DNA from: Candidatus Actinomarina sp.
GTDB taxonomy: Bacteria > Actinomycetota > Acidimicrobiia > Actinomarinales > Actinomarinaceae
Length of the DNA stretch: 64,000 nt
Assembly (NCBI GenBank): GCA_038147085.1
Contig: JAYQSV010000001.1
Location: forward strand, 485,983 to 549,982
Direction of reading: 5' to 3'
Position 1 is the stretch's first letter. The number at the start of each line of letters is the position of its first letter. Under the pieces are notes generated by a model. The model saw only the letters and a program-made list of their open reading frames with translations. It ran no database searches and was not told the origin of the DNA. The position numbers and the translations under genes are program-made. Positions 40,703 through 51,060 of the stretch are shown here, piece by piece.

Positions 40703-41286
40703 TTAAATCATACTCAATTAGTAATGCAATATTTACTAATTCTAAAGATGGAAGCATCTCAGAAGTATTAAATAAATTAAAATTTAAGGAATTTTCTGAG
40801 ATGCACCAGACTCATTCAGATTATTTCTTAAAAATTGATTCTGCAGGCACTTTTAATTCGGATGCATTAGTTACTTCAAAAAAAAACTTACCGCTTGTTG
40901 TAAAAACTGCAGACTGTTTACCAATTTTAGCTACTGATGGAGAATTAGTTGCAGCAATACACGCTGGTTGGCGAGGATTACAAAATAAGATTATTGAAAA
41001 ATCAACAAATAATTTTAGTAAAGAAAACTTAAAAGTAGTTGTAGGTCCACACGCACAAAGCTGTTGTTATGAAATTAAAGATGATGTTGCCGTTTACTTT
41101 GAGAATTTTATTGAATTTAGGAATGGTAGAAAATATTTAAGTATGAAAGATTTTGTTAAACAATATTTTGGAACAAACAAAATAGAAAATGAAGTTTCTG
41201 AAATATGTACAATATGTAATCCTGATTATTTTTCATACAGAGAAAATGGAACTAAAAAAAGACAATTTGGACTTATATGGATATAA
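40699..41286 (+). CDS. pgeF: PgeF/YfiH laccase-domain protein (peptidoglycan editing factor / purine nucleoside phosphorylase family)
   Basis: HAGWRGL motif and conserved position after ftsZ. Confidence 0.75.
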   Translation: MIKSYSISNAIFTNSKDGSISEVLNKLKFKEFSEMHQTHSDYFLKIDSAGTFNSDALVTSKKNLPLVVKTADCLPILATDGELVAAIHAGWRGLQNKIIEKSTNNFSKENLKVVVGPHAQSCCYEIKDDVAVYFENFIEFRNGRKYLSMKDFVKQYFGTNKIENEVSEICTICNPDYFSYRENGTKKRQFGLIWI

Positions 41287-41891
41287 GGAGTTTAAACAAA
41301 TTAATTTCAAAAATTTCAAACTACTCTGCGAAGTTGTTGCCAGTTGTAAAAAATAGAAGTAATGATGAAATTAAATATTTATATGATTTTGGAATTAGAG
41401 ATTTTGGTGAAAATAGAATAGATGATTATGAAAAACACAAAAGTTTTTTCCAGGATGTTAGGTATCACTTTATTGCTCCATTACAATCTAGGAAATTAAA
41501 ATTTATTTCTCAAAATTTTGAAACTATACATACCTTACAAAGAAAAAAAGAAGTTGATTTATTAGCTAAATTTAAAACAAATAACACTACTTTTTTACAA
41601 ATTAATATTGATAATGATATAAATAAAACTGGACTCAAAGTTGATAATTTATTTAATATGTTTGAATATTGCCTTGAAAATTCAATTATACCAGTTGGTT
41701 TAATGACTATACCAAATATTAATTCTGACCCAAAGTATGTTTTTTCAGAATTATCAAAATTAAATGAAACTTTAAAGAAAAATTATCATCAATATAAAGG
41801 TGAACTTTCAATGGGAATGTCTGATGACTACCAAATTGCATTAGATTACGGTGCTACAATAGTACGTATAGGAACTAAACTATTTAAATAA
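41277..41891 (+). CDS. yggS: YggS-family PLP-homeostasis protein
   Basis: DFGENRIDD motif with TIM-barrel alanine-racemase-N-like architecture. Conserved position. Confidence 0.7.
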   Translation: MDIRSLNKLISKISNYSAKLLPVVKNRSNDEIKYLYDFGIRDFGENRIDDYEKHKSFFQDVRYHFIAPLQSRKLKFISQNFETIHTLQRKKEVDLLAKFKTNNTTFLQINIDNDINKTGLKVDNLFNMFEYCLENSIIPVGLMTIPNINSDPKYVFSELSKLNETLKKNYHQYKGELSMGMSDDYQIALDYGATIVRIGTKLFK

Positions 41892-42328
41892 TGTTAGAAA
41901 AATTTCTTGTTTCAATTGGATTAAAGCAACCTGAAAGAGTAGAAGATTTTGTTAGAAGTCAACCAACTACCGTTAGGCCATCTGATGAAAATAGGTTTAC
42001 AGATTCTGATATTGTAGGAGATGTTCGTGTTCACTCACCAAAAGACGAAGTTGAAATTAAAGCTTTAAGATCTTTTTCAGAAATTCATAACTTAGGCCTA
42101 GCAATAAAGGATGAATTTATAGTTGCTATGGATATTAGAGATATATCAGATCAGAACGAGAGGAGAAGGATTGTAGATTTTGTAACAGGTATGGCTTTTA
42201 TGAGCAACTCAAAAATTCGCTCTATAAACAAAGACGGTGTTTTCCTTATCCTACCTTCAAACTCTTCATTGAGCTCACAAGAAAGACAAAGATTACAAGA
42301 ACTTGGACTATATAAAATAAATGTGTAG
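41891..42328 (+). CDS. sepF: Cell division protein SepF
   Basis: Position and size. C-terminal SepF core FLILPSN-like beta sheet. Confidence 0.7.
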   Translation: MLEKFLVSIGLKQPERVEDFVRSQPTTVRPSDENRFTDSDIVGDVRVHSPKDEVEIKALRSFSEIHNLGLAIKDEFIVAMDIRDISDQNERRRIVDFVTGMAFMSNSKIRSINKDGVFLILPSNSSLSSQERQRLQELGLYKINV

Positions 42329-42587
42329 CCTTACGTATCTTGTTTTTAGATTATTTTATTACTCTCTATTTGCATGGATTATATTGAGCTGGGTACAGAT
42401 TCCATATGATCATCCAATTGGCCAAATTAAAAGTTTTTTAAACAGATATTTTGAAAAAATTTTACATCCAATTCGTTCACGTGTTCCAGTACTAAGACTC
42501 GGTGTTGCCGGAATTGATTTATCACCATTAATTTTGATTATCGGCTTTCAGTTTTTACAACCTTATGTTCTAAGAATTGTTTGTTAG
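42321..42587 (+). CDS. yggT: YggT-family membrane protein
   Basis: Two-TM YGGT repeat protein directly after sepF. Confidence 0.65.
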   Translation: MCSLTYLVFRLFYYSLFAWIILSWVQIPYDHPIGQIKSFLNRYFEKILHPIRSRVPVLRLGVAGIDLSPLILIIGFQFLQPYVLRIVC

Positions 42588-45500
42588 TATTTCAAATTCA
42601 AAATCAATTTTATAATTATAAATATCATTTTTTGCTTCAATATCTTCTATATTAAGTTCAACTGAGAGTGTTTCGTTTTTTATATAGTTAGAAAACTTAT
42701 TAATTGTATCTTTTGCAAAATTATCAATAGATTTAAAATCTAATCTTATTCTGTCTGAAACATTTAAATTTTTGTTTTTCCTTTCTTTTTGAATAGCTGA
42801 AACAATCTCCCTAGATAGTCTTTCCATGATTAGTTCTTCACTCAACTCAGTATTTAGAAAAATACTAAAATCATCAACAATTTCTAATGCATCACTATTA
42901 ACTTTGTTTATTAATACGATTTCAATATCTTCTTTTTGAATTTCAATTTCATTAATATTTACATTTGAATCATTTAAAATTGATTTTTTTAAGCTATCAG
43001 TTGGATTTTCTAATATTTTTGAAATCTTATTAATGTCGGAACCTAATTTTGGACCTAAAGTTTTAAAATTAGGTTTAAATTTATATTCAACCCAGTTATT
43101 TACTTCATTATCAACTAAAATATTTTTTACATTAATTTCGTTAGTTATTAAATTTTTAACCAATTCAATTTTATCTGTTATTTCGTAATCTTTTGAAATT
43201 ATTGTAAGAGATTCTAATGGTTGCTTATTAGGCAATTTAAGCTTAACTCTTAAATTTCTAACACTTTTAATTATTTTTTTTGCAAATTCAACACTTTCTT
43301 CAAGTTCTGCGTTTATTAACTTATCATTAACTTCTGGATATGAACAAAAGTGAACGCTATCATTTTCATTAAAAATTAAACCTTGATATATTTTTTCACT
43401 TGTGAATGGTAAAACTGGGGCAATACACTTCGAGAATTCAATTAATACTTCATGTAATGTTTTAAATGCATTTATTTTATCCTGATCATTTCCATCTTTT
43501 TCTTTCCAAAATCTTTTTCTATTAGATCTAACATACCAATTTGTTAGTTCATCTACAAAGTTGAGTAATGGGGGAATGACTTCATATAGATAATAATTTT
43601 CCATCTTTTCATTCACTATTTTGATTAAAGACTGAAGTGAAGATATTATCCATTGGTCCATTAATGATCTTTCATGTACTGGTGATGCTTTTTCAAGTTC
43701 TTCAGGAGTAATTTGATCAGCATTTGCATAGGTAGAAAAGAAAGAAAAGCTGTTCCACAAAGGCAAAATTATGTTTCTTGTTACTAGCTTAACTCCTTCT
43801 TCAGAAAATTTTAATGGTTCACCACGAACAACTGGTGAATCTATTAAGTAAGCTCTTAAGCTATCACCACCATATTTGTTTAATAATTCTTCAGGGTCAG
43901 GATAGTTTTTTAAACTTTTACTCATTTTTCTACCATCCTCAGCAAGTATCATTCCTGTTGTAATACAATTTTTAAAAGCCACAGAATCAAATAAAGCTAC
44001 AGCAAGAACTGTCAAGGTATAGAACCATCCTCTAGTTTGATCTAAGCCTTCTGCGATAAAATCAGCAGGAAATCCCTGAAAAAATTCTTCATTATTTTCA
44101 AAAGGGTAGTGTTGTTGACCATATGGCATAGATCCAGATTCAAACCAGCAATCTAGAACCTCAGTAGTTCTTTTATAAGTTTTTTCACCAATTTTTATTT
44201 CAAGATCATCCAAGAAATGCCTATGTAGGTCTGAAATTTTTGTACCTGTTAAATCCTCCAACTCTTTCACTGAACCAATACAAATTAAATCGTTTGAATC
44301 ATCTACATTTATCCAAATAGGGATACAGCTTCCCCAGTATCTGTTTCTACTTATTGCCCAATCTCTTGCGTTGGCGAGCCAATTTGAAAATCTTTTTTCT
44401 CCAATAAAACCTGGAACCCAGTGTGTTGATTTATTTAACTCAACCATTCTTTCTTTGATTTTTTCTACATTTACGAACCAAGTAGGAATTGCCTTATAAA
44501 TTAAAGGTGTGCCTGTTCTCCAACAATAAGGATAAGAATGAAATTCTGTTGTCTTAGAAAATAATCGTCCTTTGTTATTTAGTTGATCAATAATAATTTT
44601 GTCAGCATCTTTAACGTTGATATCTTTCAATTCTTCAAAAGTTGAATCAAATCTACCACTTAAAGTAACAGGGTCAGCTATTACATCTATGTTGGAATTT
44701 TTCAAAGTATAAAAATCACTTTCACCATATGCTGGTGCTTGAGAAACCAATCCCGATCCAGATTCTGTATTAGTGTCGTCACTATGAATAATTCTAAAAG
44801 CACCATCTTTGTAGAAATGTTCATATTCTGAATAAGCAGGAAAATATGTCGACCCTATAATTTCTTTTCCAACACAGCTATCTATAATTTCGTAAGAGTA
44901 CTTATCAAGTTCAATCAATCTCTCTTTAGCTATCCAATAAAAGTTTTTTTCAATTTTGATTCTTGTATATTCTATATTTTCACCAACTGCAATAGCTAGA
45001 TTCCCAGGAATACACCATGGTGTTGTAGTCCAAACTAGAAATTGATCACCTTTTCTAACTTTATGGAAATCATCCCTAGCTTCTAAAGTAAAAAATATTG
45101 AGGGATCTTCTACTTCTCTGTAATCCATATTTGCTTCAAAATTGGATAGTGGTGTTGAAGCTGCCCAAGAGTAGGGTAGAACTTTATAATCTTGATAAAT
45201 TAAACCTTTTGACCAAAGTTCTTTAAAAACCCACCAGACACTTTCCATAAAGTCAATATCCATAGTTTTATAATCATTTTCAAAGTCGACCCATCTACCA
45301 ATTTTCCTAGTAATTTTTTCCCAATTTTCAGTATTTGTTTGAACTTGTGATCTGCAAGCTTCATTAAATTTATCTATACCAAACTCATCAATTTGCTGAG
45401 GATCTTCGAGGTTCAAATTTTTTTGAACCTCCATTTCAATAGGTAAGCCATGCACATCCCATCCGAATCTTCTCTCAACGTAATAACCACGCATAGTCCA

Positions 45501-45713
45501 ATACCTAGGGACAATATCTTTAATAACTCCAGCTAATAAATTTCCATAGTGTGGGCTTCCAGTTGGGAATGGTGGGCCATCATAAAACCTAAATACTTTT
45601 TCATCTTTACGATTTTCTACAGATGTTTTAAATGCACTGATACTATCCCAATATTCAGAAACTTCATTTTCTAACTTTGGTAAATCTACATTTGAGTCAA
45701 CACTTTTAAACAT
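42570..45713 (-). CDS. ileS: Isoleucine--tRNA ligase (type 2, eukaryote-like, as in actinobacteria)
   Basis: HIGH (PPFPTGSPHYGNLLAG), KMSKS (KMSKSLKNY) and a CP1 editing domain. 1047 aa, lacks the bacterial C-terminal Zn finger. Confidence 0.95.
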   Translation of the reverse strand: MFKSVDSNVDLPKLENEVSEYWDSISAFKTSVENRKDEKVFRFYDGPPFPTGSPHYGNLLAGVIKDIVPRYWTMRGYYVERRFGWDVHGLPIEMEVQKNLNLEDPQQIDEFGIDKFNEACRSQVQTNTENWEKITRKIGRWVDFENDYKTMDIDFMESVWWVFKELWSKGLIYQDYKVLPYSWAASTPLSNFEANMDYREVEDPSIFFTLEARDDFHKVRKGDQFLVWTTTPWCIPGNLAIAVGENIEYTRIKIEKNFYWIAKERLIELDKYSYEIIDSCVGKEIIGSTYFPAYSEYEHFYKDGAFRIIHSDDTNTESGSGLVSQAPAYGESDFYTLKNSNIDVIADPVTLSGRFDSTFEELKDINVKDADKIIIDQLNNKGRLFSKTTEFHSYPYCWRTGTPLIYKAIPTWFVNVEKIKERMVELNKSTHWVPGFIGEKRFSNWLANARDWAISRNRYWGSCIPIWINVDDSNDLICIGSVKELEDLTGTKISDLHRHFLDDLEIKIGEKTYKRTTEVLDCWFESGSMPYGQQHYPFENNEEFFQGFPADFIAEGLDQTRGWFYTLTVLAVALFDSVAFKNCITTGMILAEDGRKMSKSLKNYPDPEELLNKYGGDSLRAYLIDSPVVRGEPLKFSEEGVKLVTRNIILPLWNSFSFFSTYANADQITPEELEKASPVHERSLMDQWIISSLQSLIKIVNEKMENYYLYEVIPPLLNFVDELTNWYVRSNRKRFWKEKDGNDQDKINAFKTLHEVLIEFSKCIAPVLPFTSEKIYQGLIFNENDSVHFCSYPEVNDKLINAELEESVEFAKKIIKSVRNLRVKLKLPNKQPLESLTIISKDYEITDKIELVKNLITNEINVKNILVDNEVNNWVEYKFKPNFKTLGPKLGSDINKISKILENPTDSLKKSILNDSNVNINEIEIQKEDIEIVLINKVNSDALEIVDDFSIFLNTELSEELIMERLSREIVSAIQKERKNKNLNVSDRIRLDFKSIDNFAKDTINKFSNYIKNETLSVELNIEDIEAKNDIYNYKIDFEFEILTNNS

Positions 45714-45830
45714 ATGAAAAGATTATAAAAAGGTTTTGTATCAACATAAGTAAATTTTAATTGTTTTAAATTATGAAAATTGTGTACTTTAATTAGAAAA
45801 TGTGTAATATACAGTATTAAATAAACAGCT

Positions 45831-46208
45831 ATGGTTAGAAAATTATCAATTAATACAATTAATAAACTCAAGAAAAAGCTTCTTGAAGAAAGAGAGCATC
45901 TTTCTAAAACTCTTGAACACCATCAAATAGAACGTGAAAAAGTCAGACTTTCAGAAGCATCAGCTGAGAGAAGTCCTGATCCTACATCGGCTGATGGGGG
46001 TTCGATGGCATTTGAATTGGAAAAAGAGTTAACTCTAGACGAAAACACTCGACACTTACTAAATCAAGTTGAACATGCGCTAGTTTTAATTCAAAAAAAG
46101 AAATATGGTAATTGTGAAAATTGTAGTGATCCAATTCCATTAGCTAGATTAGATGCATTACCTTACTCTACACATTGCAAGAGTTGTGCTGTTTTAATTG
46201 AATCTTAA
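45831..46208 (+). CDS. DksA/TraR-family C4 zinc-finger protein
   Basis: CENCSDPIPLARLDALPYSTHCKSC four-Cys zinc finger after a coiled-coil region. Confidence 0.7.
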   Translation: MVRKLSINTINKLKKKLLEEREHLSKTLEHHQIEREKVRLSEASAERSPDPTSADGGSMAFELEKELTLDENTRHLLNQVEHALVLIQKKKYGNCENCSDPIPLARLDALPYSTHCKSCAVLIES

Positions 46209-46656
46209 AAATTTAGCCTCTAAATTATCTTTTATAATTTTTTTAGTACTTCTAGATTTATCATCAAAATTTTATATCAGATACTTCAATATACAAGAAA
46301 TTGAGATTATTAATGGAATACTAACAATTGACCTTACTTACAACACCGGAATAGCATTTGGATTTTTAAGCGATTATACAGAAATTACCTACTTTTTTTC
46401 ATTAGTAGTGTTTATTTGGTTAATTATTCAATTTAAAAATTCTGCAAATTCAAATTTCGAATTAATTGGACTCTTATTAATAATTTCTGGAGCAATTGGA
46501 AACTTATCTGAACGTGGATGGAATTTAATATTTAATAATAATGGAAAAGTAACAGATTTTATTGAACTGTTATTTATTCCTAGTTTTAATTTTGCAGACA
46601 TGTACATTAGTTTTGGAATTACAATATTTTTGTTTATGGAGTTTAAAAATAAATAA
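46198..46656 (+). CDS. lspA: Lipoprotein signal peptidase II
   Basis: Four TM helices, FNFADMYISFGI catalytic Asp region. Confidence 0.85.
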   Translation: MNLKNLASKLSFIIFLVLLDLSSKFYIRYFNIQEIEIINGILTIDLTYNTGIAFGFLSDYTEITYFFSLVVFIWLIIQFKNSANSNFELIGLLLIISGAIGNLSERGWNLIFNNNGKVTDFIELLFIPSFNFADMYISFGITIFLFMEFKNK

Positions 46657-47314
46657 TATTGAAGTTGTTTTTGAAAATGAAGATTTTGTAATTTTTAATA
46701 AGCCATTTGGTTTATTAACACATAAAAATGCTTCTTCAAATGAAAGCACTTTACAAGATTTTTTAATTGAAAATTATAAATTAGTTGGATACAAAGAAAA
46801 TTTTCGTAAAGGTATTGTCCACAGACTAGACAGAGTTACAAGCGGTTTAATCTTGTGTCCTTTAAGTTATGAAGTACATGCTGAGTTTGAAAAGAAGTTT
46901 AAAAATAGAGAGATATCTAAACAATATAAAGCAATTGTTGAAGGAATTATCTTTCCAAAAAAAGGAGAAATTGACTTACCTCTCAGACACTCATTAAAAA
47001 ATAGAAAAAAAAGAGAAGTCCATCATGAGGGTAGAAAAGCTTTGACACAGTTTGAATTAATAGATAAAAATGAAAGATTTTCATTAATAGATATAAATTT
47101 GATAACAGGGAGAAACCACCAAATACGAGCTCATTTTGAATATTTAAAATATCCAATTGTTAATGATGAATTATATGGAGGAAAAAGAAATTCACTTGTA
47201 CCCAGCAATGCAATTTGCTTGCAATCTTATAAGCTGAAATTTACATTTAATAAAGAAAACTATTTATTTGAATTAGATATTCCAGAATATTTTACTTCAA
47301 TAATGAATGTGTAA
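46649..47314 (+). CDS. RluA-family 23S rRNA pseudouridine synthase (start non-canonical)
   Basis: HRLDRVTSGLIL catalytic Asp motif and DFVIFNKPFGLL. No ATG/GTG after the lspA stop, so ATA 46649 (GGAG 7 nt upstream) or ATT 46658 is proposed. The ORF-track TTG at 46562 would overlap lspA by 95 nt. Confidence 0.7.
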   Translation: MNNIEVVFENEDFVIFNKPFGLLTHKNASSNESTLQDFLIENYKLVGYKENFRKGIVHRLDRVTSGLILCPLSYEVHAEFEKKFKNREISKQYKAIVEGIIFPKKGEIDLPLRHSLKNRKKREVHHEGRKALTQFELIDKNERFSLIDINLITGRNHQIRAHFEYLKYPIVNDELYGGKRNSLVPSNAICLQSYKLKFTFNKENYLFELDIPEYFTSIMNV

Positions 47315-47342
47315 TTCATATAATTTTCTTTAATATGTTTTT

Positions 47343-50300
47343 ATGAATAAATCTTTTGTACATTTACATGCTCATACAGAATATTCTATGCTTGATGGTG
47401 CAGCAAAAATTAAAGATTATTTAAAAAAGGTATCAGAATTAAATCAACCAGCAGCTGCAATAACTGATCATGGCAATTTATATGGTGCTTTAGAATTTTA
47501 CAACGAAGCAATTAAAATTGGCGTTAAACCTATTATTGGATATGAAGCGTATGTAACTCCAACTTCTAGGTTTGAAAGACCTGAAAGAGATAAAAACAAA
47601 AGATATCATTTAACCCTTCTTGCAGAAAACAATGAAGGATATCAAAATCTTGTAGAGCTTGTTAGTAAAGCATACTTAGAAGGTTATTATTACAAGCCAA
47701 GAATTGACTATGAATTATTGGAAGAGTATTCAAACGGCTTAATTGCATTATCAGGTTGTTTAGGTGGTGAGATAGCCCAGTTTTTAGCTCCTGATGGATC
47801 TAAAGAAGAAGGTAATAATGATGCAGTAAGAAGTTATGAAAATGCACTTTTAGTCGCTAAGAAGTATCAACAAATATTTGGACAAGAGAACTTTTTTATC
47901 GAACTTCATAATCACGGGATTCCTCAACAGATTGATATTCTCCCAGATTTAGTTAAAATTTCAAAAGAAATTGGCGCACCACTTGTTGCAACAAATGATT
48001 CACATTATGTTGAGCAGGAAAATTCTTCAGCTCATGATGCATTATTATGTGTACAAACTAATGCAACTCTTGATGATGAAAGCAGATTTAAATTTGAAGG
48101 ATCTGGATATTATATAAAGTCATCAGAAGAAATGAGAGACCTATTTCCAGAGGATATGTATTTAGATGCGTGTGACAACACATTAAAAATTGCAGATAGA
48201 GTTGATTACAGCTTTGAATTCGACAAAACTTATCTTCCTGATTTTCCTATAAGCCAAGATCAATCTACTGAAGAATTATTGAAATCAAAAGTTATTGAAG
48301 GTGCTAAAGAGCGATATAAAAATATTGATGATGAAGTTATGTCCAGAATAAATTATGAATTAGATGTAATTAATACAATGGGTTTCGCTTCTTATTTTTT
48401 AATTGTTGGAGACCTAATTGAGTTTGCAAAAAAAAATAATATCCGAACAGGTGCTGGTAGAGGATCTGCTGCTGGTTCTATAGTTTCATATTGTCTTGGA
48501 ATAACTGGTATTGATCCAATTAAATATGGACTAATTTTTGAAAGATTTTTAAATAAAGGAAGAAAATCATTACCAGATATTGATATGGATTTTGATGAAA
48601 GATATAGAACTGATGTAATAAATTATGCTATTGAAAAATATGGACAAGATAAAGTTGCTCATATTGTAACCTTTGCAACCATTAAAGCAAAGCAGGCTAT
48701 AAGAGATGCAGCTAGAGTACTGGGGTTACCTTTTTCAAGTGGCGACAAAGTGGCAAAGTTAATGCCTCCAATGATATTGGGTAATACAGCCACAATTTCT
48801 GAATGCCTAGAGTTAGATGAAGACAATACTAGTGGTTATAGTAAGGAATTTTATTCTGCCTCTGAAGAACTACGAAAAGAGTACGGTTCAGATAGTGAAG
48901 TAAAAAAAATAATTGATATAGCTTTAGGGTTAGAGGGTTTAAGAAGACAAGACGGCATTCATGCAGCAGCTATAGTAATTTCTCCAGAAAATATTACTAA
49001 TTATTTACCAATTCAAAGAAAAGGTGAAAATGCTGAAATAGTCACTCAATATGAAATGCATACTGTTGAACAATTAGGTTTACTTAAAATGGACTTTTTA
49101 GGTTTAAGAAATTTATCAATTTTAGATAGAACTATCGAATTAATTGGCGACCCGCTGTTTGATATCGATAATGTGTTGCTCGATGATGCTAAAACTTATA
49201 AGTTATTTTCTGAAGGAAGAATGACGGGTGTTTTCCAATTAGAAAGTAGAGTAGCCCAAACTGTATCCAAAAACTTAAATCCAAAAAGATTTGAGGATAT
49301 TGTAGCGCTAGTAGCATTAATAAGACCAGGTCCTTTAGGTGCAGGTATGCATAATGAATTTGCAGATAGAGCAAATTCAAGAAGAGCAATAGAATATTTA
49401 CATAATGATTTAGAGCCAATATTATCTGAAACTTACGGAATAATTTTATATCAAGAACAGGTTATGCAAATTGCTGAAAAAATAGCCGGATTTAATCTTC
49501 AAGAAGCTGATAATTTAAGAGTCGCTATGGGTAAAAAGATTCCAAAAGTAATGGAAGAGCAAAGAATTAAATTTACAGAAGGTGCGACAAATAATGGTTA
49601 CTCTGAACAATTTTCTATTGAGCTTTTTGATCAAATTGCATATTTTGCAGGTTATGGTTTTAACAAAAGTCACTCAGTGCCGTATGCATTATTAGCCTAT
49701 CAAACAGCATATTTGAAAGCTAATTATCCTGCAGAATATTTAGCAGCTTGTTTAACAGCTGTTAAAAGAGATAAAGATAGAACAGCAATATTTTTATCAG
49801 AAGCCCGAGAGCTTGGAGTTTCAGTAAAAACTCCTAATATAAATGTTAGTTTTGAAGATTTTACAGTTAGAGAAAACGAAATATTGTTTGGACTCTCTGC
49901 AGTAAGAAACGTAGGAGATATTACAGCACAAAAAATTGTTCAAGAAAGAAAAGTAAACGGAGACTTTACTTCAGTAGAAGATTTCCTTTCAAGAATTGAT
50001 TCAAGAGCTTTAAATAAAAGAGGTGTTGAAGCTTTAATACAAGGCGGTGGTCTAGATATATTTGGATATACAAGGTATGGTATGTTTGATTCCGCTGTCG
50101 ATCTCATCGAAGAAGCTAGAAGAAATAAATCTAGTTTAAAAAGTATTCAATCATCACTTTTTGAAATTGAAGATAGTACGAATAAGTTGATTCAAATCAG
50201 TAATAAAGAATGGCCAAAAAAAGAGTTTCTCGAAAGAGAAAGAGAAATGCTGGGTTTTTTTGTTAGTGAAGATCCTTTAGAAGGATATGGAAGAGTTCTT

Positions 50301-50837
50301 AGAGCTGAGTCATCACATACCATAATTGAATTACAAGATATTGATGAAGATGAAGAAATTACAGTTACAATTTCAGGACTTGTTTCAAATGTCCAAAAAA
50401 GGGTTTCAAGAAGAGGTAATCCTTGGATCCAATTTGATCTACAGGACGTAACTGGATCTTTAGGAGTGTTACTATTTAATAAATTAGTAGAGAAATATAA
50501 TAATTTATTTGATGGTGAAATTTATTTAAAAATTACTGGAACTTATATTGGAGGAAGTGAAAACTCTATTAGAGCTAGAGATATTGAATTAGTTGAACCT
50601 TCTAAATTATTAGAAGATATAGATACGTCACCTCTTAGAATTTCTGTTAATGAAACTAAACTTGAAAAGAATAATTTAATTTTACTAAAAGAACTATTAA
50701 GCAAGTACCCTGGTCAATCGATTGTAGAATTAGAAGTTGACAGTAATGGAGTTATTAAATTGTTAGAACTAAAAGATATTAAAGTAAGAAAAACTGTACA
50801 ACTAAAAAATGAAATTACTACCTTATTTTCAAGTTAA
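47343..50837 (+). CDS. dnaE: DNA polymerase III alpha subunit
   Basis: PHP domain HLHAHTEYSMLDGA, polymerase core, OB fold. 1164 aa. Confidence 0.95.
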   Translation: MNKSFVHLHAHTEYSMLDGAAKIKDYLKKVSELNQPAAAITDHGNLYGALEFYNEAIKIGVKPIIGYEAYVTPTSRFERPERDKNKRYHLTLLAENNEGYQNLVELVSKAYLEGYYYKPRIDYELLEEYSNGLIALSGCLGGEIAQFLAPDGSKEEGNNDAVRSYENALLVAKKYQQIFGQENFFIELHNHGIPQQIDILPDLVKISKEIGAPLVATNDSHYVEQENSSAHDALLCVQTNATLDDESRFKFEGSGYYIKSSEEMRDLFPEDMYLDACDNTLKIADRVDYSFEFDKTYLPDFPISQDQSTEELLKSKVIEGAKERYKNIDDEVMSRINYELDVINTMGFASYFLIVGDLIEFAKKNNIRTGAGRGSAAGSIVSYCLGITGIDPIKYGLIFERFLNKGRKSLPDIDMDFDERYRTDVINYAIEKYGQDKVAHIVTFATIKAKQAIRDAARVLGLPFSSGDKVAKLMPPMILGNTATISECLELDEDNTSGYSKEFYSASEELRKEYGSDSEVKKIIDIALGLEGLRRQDGIHAAAIVISPENITNYLPIQRKGENAEIVTQYEMHTVEQLGLLKMDFLGLRNLSILDRTIELIGDPLFDIDNVLLDDAKTYKLFSEGRMTGVFQLESRVAQTVSKNLNPKRFEDIVALVALIRPGPLGAGMHNEFADRANSRRAIEYLHNDLEPILSETYGIILYQEQVMQIAEKIAGFNLQEADNLRVAMGKKIPKVMEEQRIKFTEGATNNGYSEQFSIELFDQIAYFAGYGFNKSHSVPYALLAYQTAYLKANYPAEYLAACLTAVKRDKDRTAIFLSEARELGVSVKTPNINVSFEDFTVRENEILFGLSAVRNVGDITAQKIVQERKVNGDFTSVEDFLSRIDSRALNKRGVEALIQGGGLDIFGYTRYGMFDSAVDLIEEARRNKSSLKSIQSSLFEIEDSTNKLIQISNKEWPKKEFLEREREMLGFFVSEDPLEGYGRVLRAESSHTIIELQDIDEDEEITVTISGLVSNVQKRVSRRGNPWIQFDLQDVTGSLGVLLFNKLVEKYNNLFDGEIYLKITGTYIGGSENSIRARDIELVEPSKLLEDIDTSPLRISVNETKLEKNNLILLKELLSKYPGQSIVELEVDSNGVIKLLELKDIKVRKTVQLKNEITTLFSS

Positions 50838-50850
50838 TTATTATTAGTTT

Positions 50851-51060
50851 ATGTCATTAAATTTAGAAGAGTTTATTTCAAGATTTAAAAAAAGAGCCGA
50901 AGCAGTTAAAAGTAGAGCTATCCCTCCAATTGGTGGGGATGAAAGAGCTGCATTCATAAAACAAGCTGAAGTAGATTATCAAGACTTTATGATTATTTCA
51001 GATTCTGAAATTGAAGTTAATGATGAATACTTAATTTTAAAATATAAGTTAGATAAGTAA
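50851..51060 (+). CDS. Hypothetical small protein (69 aa)
   Basis: ORF 13 nt after dnaE. Hydrophilic. No recognisable motif. Confidence 0.3.
   Translation: MSLNLEEFISRFKKRAEAVKSRAIPPIGGDERAAFIKQAEVDYQDFMIISDSEIEVNDEYLILKYKLDK

Noticed and set aside
45714-45830. Looked for a T-box riboswitch upstream of ileS, as is common for actinobacterial ileS
   Set aside because: The leader is only about 117 nt and has no GGUGG/T-box consensus or specifier-like structure. It looks like a plain divergent promoter region shared with the DksA/TraR-like gene.
46562-46648. TTG-initiated 31-aa N-terminal extension of the RluA-family synthase given in the ORF track
   Set aside because: It is the alternative reading frame of the lspA 3' end. 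There is no SD, a 95-nt overlap, and the sequence is hydrophobic junk. The conserved synthase N-terminus starts after the lspA stop.
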